Shown in pieces: positions 29,798 to 36,053 of a stretch of 64,000 bases of DNA. Position 1 is the first letter of the stretch. Each line of letters begins with the position of its first letter. The DNA is from a bacterium (GTDB taxonomy: Bacteria > Elusimicrobiota > Elusimicrobia > Elusimicrobiales > UBA9959), in assembly GCA_021789695.1 (NCBI GenBank), contig JAJYJH010000008.1, forward strand, positions 8,595 through 72,594. Direction: 5' to 3'. The notes under the pieces were generated by a model, which saw nothing but the letters and a program-made list of their open reading frames with translations, was not told the origin of the DNA and did not search any database. The position numbers and the translations under genes are program-made.

Positions 29798-30807
29798 ATA
29801 AAAAAACGCGGCTTCTGGCCCCAGACTATGGTCTCGGGCTGCACCACCATGGTGACTTGCACTCCCGAAAAAACGGCCGCCAAGTCCGGGGCGCCGACGC
29901 CGCGGCGCAGAGCGAAGAAAGGCGCCGCCAGCAAGGCCTCCAAAGGGTTCAGGCGCCTGAGCCTTCCCAGATATCGTCCACGCCATCTGCGGCTCAGCTC
30001 CTGCGCTGCGGAAAAGAACTCCGGAGAATGGAAACGCCGGCCGCGCCCGGAGGACACTGCGAAGAACCATTTATTCTTCCCGGTGGAAGAGGACGGGAGC
30101 GTGGCGCAGAGGCGGAAGCCGGGGACCGCGCCGGAAAGGGCCGACAGCACGGCCCCGGCCCCGCACTCCGACTCCAGCAGTGCGGCCCGCTCCGGGCCGG
30201 AAACGCTCTCGGGGGTCTTAAAGGCCACGAAAAGGACCAGGTCGGCAAGATCGGGCCTGGACAGGGCCCAGGAGTGGACCGCCGGCGCTCCGTCGAGGTT
30301 GCGCCTGGAGACGGTCATGTTGAAATAGCAGGAGCCTACTCCGGCGTCGCGCACCATCCCCCCGAGGCGCGCGCGCAGGGAATTGAGCGCGGCCTCGTCG
30401 GCTCCTTTCCAGCCCTCCCGGTCCTGCATGGAGTCCACGTGAAGACAGACCCCGGCTAGGCCCGCGGATTTAAGCGCCTTCAGGCGCGCCGGGGACAGCA
30501 GGGAACCGTTGGTATTTACGAAGGGGCGCAGTCCGGCTCTGGCCGCGTGCCTGACCGCCTCCTCGATATGCGGGTAGCACAACGGATCGCCTCCTGCGAA
30601 AGCCAGGACGTCCGTGCGCACCCCCGAGGCCACCGAGTCTATCTCGGCCAGGACTTCTGGCAAAGACCTGTGCTTACCCGGAAAATTGGAGGAAAAGCAG
30701 CCAGGGCAGTGCATATTGCACTCCTTCGTAGGCTCCAGCCAGGTAATTATAGTGTCGGCAAGAGTCCAAGGCAGGCGGTATGGCCGCGGCGTTGCGGATA
30801 AGGTCAT
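29794..30807 (-). CDS. Radical SAM protein
   Basis: ECNMHCPGCF (CX3CX2C), FAGGDPLCYP, and GGAGGA/GGAGAA Shine-Dalgarno. First gene of the operon. Confidence 0.75.
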   Translation of the reverse strand: MTLSATPRPYRLPWTLADTIITWLEPTKECNMHCPGCFSSNFPGKHRSLPEVLAEIDSVASGVRTDVLAFAGGDPLCYPHIEEAVRHAARAGLRPFVNTNGSLLSPARLKALKSAGLAGVCLHVDSMQDREGWKGADEAALNSLRARLGGMVRDAGVGSCYFNMTVSRRNLDGAPAVHSWALSRPDLADLVLFVAFKTPESVSGPERAALLESECGAGAVLSALSGAVPGFRLCATLPSSSTGKNKWFFAVSSGRGRRFHSPEFFSAAQELSRRWRGRYLGRLRRLNPLEALLAAPFFALRRGVGAPDLAAVFSGVQVTMVVQPETIVWGQKPRFFI

Positions 30808-30921
30808 TTATTCTCCGTCCTCCGCAAGAAAATGCGCCTCGTCGCCGGCCGGATGCCGGTCATTCTCCTGGCACGGAGAGATCTCGCGGGCTGCATCGAT
30901 AGCGGCTTTTCCTTAAGTCCC

Positions 30922-30927
30922 ATTATA
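30922..30927 (-). promoter_or_regulatory. Candidate -10 (TATAAT) for the radical SAM-to-methyltransferase operon
   Basis: Minus-strand TATAAT about 115 nt upstream of ATG 30807 in the 165-bp gap. No clear -35. Confidence 0.3.
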
Positions 30928-30972
30928 TTAAATGCCTCGCCGCCGGGGCGCTTGGGCCGCGTCGGAATGCGG

Positions 30973-31743
30973 TCAGGCGCGGCCTGGCCCGAGCAGCGTA
31001 CCCGGCCGGGACCGTCCGGCGAGAAAGGAAACGAGGCCCTCCGGGCGCCTGCCGTCGAGCACGAGGGCCCGCCCCCCTCCTCGCACTATCTCCAGCAGTT
31101 CGGCAGCCTTGCCGCGCATCCCCCCGCTTACGTCTCCCGGCTCCCGGGGACAGGCGCGGGAGAACGCCTCCAGGCCCGGCTCGTCCAGCTCCGGCAGCAC
31201 CGCGCCGGCGGCGTCCAGCAACCCCGGCGCGTCGGTGAAGAATACCGCCAGGCGCGGCCGCAGCAGCCCGCAGAGCCCGACGGCCAACGCGTCGCTGGAG
31301 ACCACTACGCCGCCCCCAGTCCCGTCGGGAAATATACCGCTGGAGACCACCGGCACGAGTCCTGACGCCAGCGGGGCCTCGATAGCAGAAGCATCCGCGG
31401 GCACGGGGCGCCCCCCCCTCAATAAAAAATACTCCGGCCCCGGCACACTTCCGACCACCAGCCCGGCCGAGCGCAGTTCCCGGAGAAATGCCAGATGAAG
31501 GCGCAGAAGGGAAGTATTGATGGCGTCTACGGGCGCCCCGCCCGGAGGTACCCTGCCGGACAGGTAGCCGTAGCGAAGGGCCGGAGGCTTGCCGAAGGAA
31601 CCGGTGCCGTGGACCAGCGCGAAAGGCTCGCGCAGTTCTGCCAGAGAGGCCGCCAGGCGCGAGGCGGCCGCCCGGTCAAAGACCGGAGACTCCCCTTTGC
31701 GGGTTATCACGCTGCCACCGGCTTTTATCACCAGCATCGCCAT
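30973..31743 (-). CDS. Isopentenyl phosphate kinase family (amino-acid-kinase fold) protein
   Basis: VIKAGGSVITRK, LVHGTGSFGK, LVPVVSSG, FFTDAPGLL and DVSGGMRGK, aligned by eye to archaeal IPK motifs. Confidence 0.65.
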   Translation of the reverse strand: MAMLVIKAGGSVITRKGESPVFDRAAASRLAASLAELREPFALVHGTGSFGKPPALRYGYLSGRVPPGGAPVDAINTSLLRLHLAFLRELRSAGLVVGSVPGPEYFLLRGGRPVPADASAIEAPLASGLVPVVSSGIFPDGTGGGVVVSSDALAVGLCGLLRPRLAVFFTDAPGLLDAAGAVLPELDEPGLEAFSRACPREPGDVSGGMRGKAAELLEIVRGGGRALVLDGRRPEGLVSFLAGRSRPGTLLGPGRA

Positions 31744-31761
31744 ATATTATAAAATTTTGGT

Positions 31762-32814
31762 ATGAGCTCCGGAGCCAAAGACGGGAAGGGCGGGCCTGAG
31801 CCGGGGAAGCCGTCACCCCGCGCGCTGCTTGAGCTGGCCGCGCTTAAGGCCAGACTCCTGAAACTGCCTGAAGGCGCCCCCGGCACGCTCTATATCGCGC
31901 TCACCTACCGCTGCGATCTCTCCTGCCGTCACTGCAAGTACCGTTCCTCGGCGCCGGGCCCGGATATGCCGTTCGGAGACCTGAGGCGGCTGCTGGAAAA
32001 CGCCGCCGCCTCCGGCATACCCCGCGTCGCCTTTTTCGGCGGAGAACCGCTACTCTACCCGCGCCTGGAACAGGCCGTGCGCCTGGCCTCGGGACTTGGG
32101 CTTTTTACGCAGCTGGACACCAACGGCCAGACGCTGGGCGCCCGGAGGGCCTTGGAACTTGCAGCCGCCGGGCTCTCCCTTGCCACTATCAGCCTGCACT
32201 CCGCCGATGAGGCCGGGCACGACGCCCTAAGCGGACTTGGCTCATTCCGCAAGGCCATCGCGGCGGTTTCGGCGGCCCTGCGCGCCGGGCTCTTCGTCCA
32301 CGTCTCCTCTTGTTTCTTCTCGGCCGGGCTTTCCTCCGGAGAACCGGGCCGGCTGGCGGCCTTCGCCCGCGGCCTGGGCGCCCACGGCGCAAGGGCGCTG
32401 CTCTATTCCCCGCCGGAGGGCGGTTCCGCGGACCTGCCGCGCCGCTTGTCAAAGGCCTTGGCCGCGGCCGACCTGGACGGCTTCTCGCGCGGCTGCGTCC
32501 GCTCCGGCCGGCGAGCCTGCGCCGCAGCCGCCGGGGACATACTTTTCACGGACGCAGGATTGAACGTGAAGAGCTGCCCCTACTCCGTCCGGTCGCTGGG
32601 AAAGGCCACGGCCGGGCTGCGCCGCTTCTTCGGCGGCGAGCGCGCTCCCGCCGGTCTCTTCCCCTGCCATTCCCCACGCCCATCCTGCCGCGCAGCTAGC
32701 GCAGGCCGTAATTTTGCTAAAATAATCAGATGCGAGAGGCTAGGAAGAACAAAGCCATATCCGAATCCGTCAGCTGGCGCAAGACCGGTGAAGAGGCCGT
32801 CCTCCTTGACCTAG
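31762..32814 (+). CDS. Radical SAM peptide-maturase-like enzyme with a partial SPASM/twitch region
   Basis: YRCDLSCRHCKY (CX3CX2C), FFGGEPLLYP, and C-terminal C-x12-G-x5-C (ACAAAAGDILFTDAGLNVKSC). The last ~30 codons run across an AT-rich spacer into the PqqD gene. Confidence 0.75.
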   Translation: MSSGAKDGKGGPEPGKPSPRALLELAALKARLLKLPEGAPGTLYIALTYRCDLSCRHCKYRSSAPGPDMPFGDLRRLLENAAASGIPRVAFFGGEPLLYPRLEQAVRLASGLGLFTQLDTNGQTLGARRALELAAAGLSLATISLHSADEAGHDALSGLGSFRKAIAAVSAALRAGLFVHVSSCFFSAGLSSGEPGRLAAFARGLGAHGARALLYSPPEGGSADLPRRLSKALAAADLDGFSRGCVRSGRRACAAAAGDILFTDAGLNVKSCPYSVRSLGKATAGLRRFFGGERAPAGLFPCHSPRPSCRAASAGRNFAKIIRCERLGRTKPYPNPSAGARPVKRPSSLT

Positions 32815-33014
32815 AAACCTCGGAGTATTACTCCCTTAACGACACCGGCACGTTCATATGGGAGCGTTTCGCCGCCGGCAAGCCGCTCTCCTCGATAACC
32901 GAAGAACTGGCCGCCGAATACGGCATATCCGCCGGCCAGGCCGAGCGCGACGCCGAGGCCTTTCTCAAGGACCTATCCGTCCTGAAGATCCTGAACGAGG
33001 GGGACGCTAAATGA
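32730..33014 (+). CDS. PqqD-family peptide chaperone (stand-alone RRE)
   Basis: EAVLLDLETSEYYSLNDTGTFIWE followed by a winged-helix-like tail. 94 aa. Confidence 0.8.
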   Translation: MREARKNKAISESVSWRKTGEEAVLLDLETSEYYSLNDTGTFIWERFAAGKPLSSITEELAAEYGISAGQAERDAEAFLKDLSVLKILNEGDAK

Positions 33015-33115
33015 AACGCCAGAAGACCAGCCAGCCCAAACAGAAAAAATACCGCAAACCGCAGATAAAATCCCACGGCAAGCTAAGTGAAGTCGCCTCG
33101 GCGTTCAAGCCCTAA
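33011..33115 (+). CDS. Candidate RiPP precursor peptide, 34 aa (MKRQKTSQPKQKKYRKPQIKSHGKLSEVASAFKP)
   Basis: Not in the ORF track (below 60 aa). The ATG overlaps the PqqD stop (ATGA), and GAGGGGG lies 7 nt upstream. The Y14-P17-I19-G23 spacing equals the RRE-recognised leader motif YxxPxL-x3-G. Locally A-rich. Confidence 0.55.
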   Translation: MKRQKTSQPKQKKYRKPQIKSHGKLSEVASAFKP

Positions 33116-34070
33116 GCGGAAGACCGCTTTTCTTTTCCCGGGCTCCGGGGCGCAATACCCCGGGATGGGGCGCGCGTTGCGGAACGCCTTCCCCCCGATA
33201 GAGCGGCAGCTCGCCTTCATCGACCGCGCCGCGCTGCGTCCCCTTTCCGCCGCGATGGACGGGCCGGCCAGTCTCCTTTTTCCGGAGAAGACGCACGCGG
33301 ACCCGACCGTGTTCATGGAAGTAGTAATGGAACTGTCGCTGGCCGTGGCCTTGTCCATGACGGAGGCCGGCGCCCATCCTGACGCGGCAGCAGGGCGCAG
33401 CATGGGCGAATACAGCGCCGCCGCCTTCACCGGTGTATTAACGATGAGCGACTGCTTTGAACTGGTCCGCTTCGTGACGCTGAAGGGGCAGGAGGACTGC
33501 CTGGCGCAGCCGAGCGTTCTCGCGACGGTTTACGGCCTGACCAGGCGCGAGCTCGCGGCGGCGGCGGCAAAAGTGGCCGCTGCCGGTGAACCCTGCGAAG
33601 TGACAGTCTTCTACGACAAGGCCCGCCTCGGAGTGGCCGGCCTGCGCGAAAGCGCCCTGCCGTTGCTAAAGAAGGCCCTCTTACCGCTGCGCCACCGACT
33701 GAGCCTTTCGCGGGAACCCGGGGCCTTCCACACAAGCCTTTTCGACAGGCTGGCCGCCGGGGCGGCCGCGAAATTCGGGGAAACGCCCTTCTCCGCGCCG
33801 GCCATGCCACTTTACATGAACGCCGACGCGCGCAGGGCCACCTCCGCGCGGACCGTCAGGGAGAAGTTGGCAGCGGCGCTGAACAGCCCCGTACTCTGGC
33901 AGGAGACCATAGAGCGCATGCTGGCCGACGGGGTGCGTAACTTCGTGGAGCTGGCGCCAGGCGCGATGCTGACCGAGTTCGTCTGCGAACTGCCGCCCGA
34001 CGCCGAGGTCCTGCGCACGGACACTCCCGGGAACTACGCCAGAACCCTGCAAAGGCTGGCCGGGAAATGA
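33087..34070 (+). CDS. FabD-like acyltransferase (malonyl-CoA:ACP transacylase family)
   Basis: FLFPGSGAQYPGMG and nucleophile elbow GRSMGEYSA. The only in-frame start is GTG 33087, inside the small ORF. Confidence 0.75.
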   Translation: MKSPRRSSPKRKTAFLFPGSGAQYPGMGRALRNAFPPIERQLAFIDRAALRPLSAAMDGPASLLFPEKTHADPTVFMEVVMELSLAVALSMTEAGAHPDAAAGRSMGEYSAAAFTGVLTMSDCFELVRFVTLKGQEDCLAQPSVLATVYGLTRRELAAAAAKVAAAGEPCEVTVFYDKARLGVAGLRESALPLLKKALLPLRHRLSLSREPGAFHTSLFDRLAAGAAAKFGETPFSAPAMPLYMNADARRATSARTVREKLAAALNSPVLWQETIERMLADGVRNFVELAPGAMLTEFVCELPPDAEVLRTDTPGNYARTLQRLAGK

Positions 34071-35086
34071 TCCCGACGGAAGAACTTCACTTCGACCTCG
34101 GCGGCTGCAGGGTACTATTCTCCTGCGGGGACCCGCTCCTCTCCTTCGCCGTAGCCGCAAGCCTGTCCGCTTTCTCGGCCCCGCCCGGACACCCGGACAT
34201 CAGCATATCCGCCGAACTCGGCACAGTCTCCTCCGCGGGCCTCTCCCCAGCCCTCTTCTCCACGCGGCGCTGGAAAGTACTCAAGGCCCCGGCCGGCAGA
34301 CGCCTGGTCTGGTACCCGGAAGGGGCCGTCTGCGAATACGATTTCAGGACGCGCACCGGACGGCTGCGCTCCGCCGACCGCGCGCTGTTGGAGGAACTCT
34401 CCTATCTGCTGATACTGTCGCGGGCCGGGGAGGAACTAGACCTGGCCGGACTGCACAGGCTGCACGCCGGCGCGCTGGGCCACTCCGGGCAGGCGCTGCT
34501 CTTCTGCGGCCCGCGCGGCTCGGGTAAGACCACGCTGTTGCTGGAGCTGCTCAAGGACTCCGCTTTTTCGCTGCTTTCCGACGACACGCCGCTGGTGAGC
34601 GCGGACGGGTCGGTGCTGCCTTTTCCGGCCCGCGTCGGCCTTGCGCTCGACAGCCCACATCTGCCCGGCTTCGGCGGTCTGCGCCGGCTGGAGCGCCGCC
34701 ATTATCCGCCCAAGCGCCTGCTTGACACCGTCAAGGCGGGCTTCAGGCTGGCGGGCCCGCTGCCGCCCGGGGCTCTTTTCCTGCTCAGGCGCTCGGAACG
34801 GGCGCGGATACGCCGCGCGGCCATTCCCGCCGCCGCGGCGGAACTGGCCGTCTCGCTGGCCGTCGGCTGGGGCGTGCCGCAGCTGGCCGAATACTTCCTG
34901 AGGGCGGAACCGGAAGATCTCCTGCGCAAGGGCGGCATACTGGCCTCCAGGCTTCGGGCCGCGGCCCGCCTGCTCCGGCGCTCCGGCCGCTATATCTTCG
35001 AACTTTCCCCCGACCACGCGAGAAACGCGCAGGAACTCAGGGCCTTCCTTGGCAGCGGCAGCGCGCAGGGCGCGCGCGGCCTCTGA
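34067..35086 (+). CDS. HprK-related kinase (HPr kinase C-terminal-domain-like P-loop protein)
   Basis: LFCGPRGSGKTTLLLEL followed by LLSDDTPLV. ATGA overlap with the acyltransferase. Confidence 0.6.
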   Translation: MIPTEELHFDLGGCRVLFSCGDPLLSFAVAASLSAFSAPPGHPDISISAELGTVSSAGLSPALFSTRRWKVLKAPAGRRLVWYPEGAVCEYDFRTRTGRLRSADRALLEELSYLLILSRAGEELDLAGLHRLHAGALGHSGQALLFCGPRGSGKTTLLLELLKDSAFSLLSDDTPLVSADGSVLPFPARVGLALDSPHLPGFGGLRRLERRHYPPKRLLDTVKAGFRLAGPLPPGALFLLRRSERARIRRAAIPAAAAELAVSLAVGWGVPQLAEYFLRAEPEDLLRKGGILASRLRAAARLLRRSGRYIFELSPDHARNAQELRAFLGSGSAQGARGL

Positions 35087-36053
35087 ACGTTTCCAACAGT
35101 TCCTCCAAAGCTCCGAATATCCAGCCCGCGCCGTAAGCAGCGTGCAGCGCCGGGTAAAGGCAGAACACAAGCGGCGCGTCAGACGCGCCTGCACCGGATA
35201 AAATCGCGGAAACCGCGCAGGCCGAAAGATAGAGAAGGCCGAGCGCGCAGGCCGTCCCCGGCGCCGCCGCGGCCAGCACCGGCCCGGCCGCGAGGGCCGC
35301 CGGCGGCAGCAGCGTGAAGGCGCAGAAACCGCTGCGGGCCTGGACCGTTATCTGGCCCCTCCCCCGCCCGGAGGAAAAGACCTGACGGACGAAAGCCCCT
35401 GCGGAGGTCCTGCGGCGGTGCACCAGATTGAGGTCCCCGCTCAGCAGCATACGCGCTCCGTCCGCGGCCATTCTGCCCAGCAGCAGGTTCTCCTCGGCGC
35501 TACTCAGATGTCCCTCAAAGGAAAGCCCGCGCGCGGCCAGGAATTCCCTGTCCAGCGTCAGATTGCAGAGCACGAACTTGCCGGGACCGGCCTCGTAGGA
35601 GCCGGAAACGGGGGCGAACCTGGGCGTGAACGGCCCGCTTGCCCAGCGCGAGCGCAGCAGCCGGTAGACCGCGCGCTCGAAACGGCCGGCCCCGGAGTAA
35701 AGTTCCTGCCCGCCGCCGAATACGGAAAAGCCGCCGCCCGCCTCTATCAGCGCCCTCAACCGCCAAAAGTACCCCGGCGGCAGAACGGTGTCGTCGTCCA
35801 GGAAACAGAGCCAGCGCCCGGAAGCCAGGCGGACCAGCTCGTTGCGGGCCTCCCCGCGGCAGCCCCGTGGCAGCTGTACGGCGCGGGTGCCCGGGAACTT
35901 TCCCAGCACTCCGGAGGAGGCTGGATCGGCCCCGTCGATCCCCACCAGCACTTCGCCGGGGACTCCGGCTGCCCGCAGGCTCTCCAGGCATCGGGCCAGC
36001 AGCTCCGGCCTGCCGCGTGTAAGTATGATAACGCTTATCTCAGCGCCCGGCAT
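35037..36053 (-). CDS. Family 2 glycosyltransferase with a C-terminal membrane region
   Basis: ISVIILTRGRPELL and CFLDDDTV, plus hydrophobic C-terminal helices. Confidence 0.7.
   Translation of the reverse strand: MPGAEISVIILTRGRPELLARCLESLRAAGVPGEVLVGIDGADPASSGVLGKFPGTRAVQLPRGCRGEARNELVRLASGRWLCFLDDDTVLPPGYFWRLRALIEAGGGFSVFGGGQELYSGAGRFERAVYRLLRSRWASGPFTPRFAPVSGSYEAGPGKFVLCNLTLDREFLAARGLSFEGHLSSAEENLLLGRMAADGARMLLSGDLNLVHRRRTSAGAFVRQVFSSGRGRGQITVQARSGFCAFTLLPPAALAAGPVLAAAAPGTACALGLLYLSACAVSAILSGAGASDAPLVFCLYPALHAAYGAGWIFGALEELLETFRGRARPARCRCQGRP

Noticed and set aside
23084-31743. Interpretation of the prenyl block as archaeal-type ether-lipid biosynthesis (GGPP synthase + DGGGP-synthase-like UbiA + GGR).
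   Set aside because: No glycerol-1-phosphate dehydrogenase, GGGP synthase (PcrB family) or CDP-archaeol synthase is recognisable. The TIM-barrel gene matches MfnB motifs rather than GGGPS. The GGR-like gene is 30 kb away.
32690-32814. A possible frameshift or pseudogene at the 3' end of the radical SAM gene (tail ...AKIIRCERLGRTKPYPNPSAGARPVKRPSSLT overlapping PqqD by 85 nt).
   Set aside because: No internal stop or obvious indel can be demonstrated from a single sequence. The simplest reading is run-on of the ORF through an AT-rich spacer, which leaves the catalytic and auxiliary-cluster regions intact.
31762-35086. Interpretation of the PqqD / HprK-kinase / YxxP-leader locus as a lasso-peptide cluster.
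   Set aside because: No asparagine-synthetase-like cyclase or transglutaminase-like B2 protease is present in the window. The predicted core (about 4 residues) cannot form a macrolactam ring plus tail.
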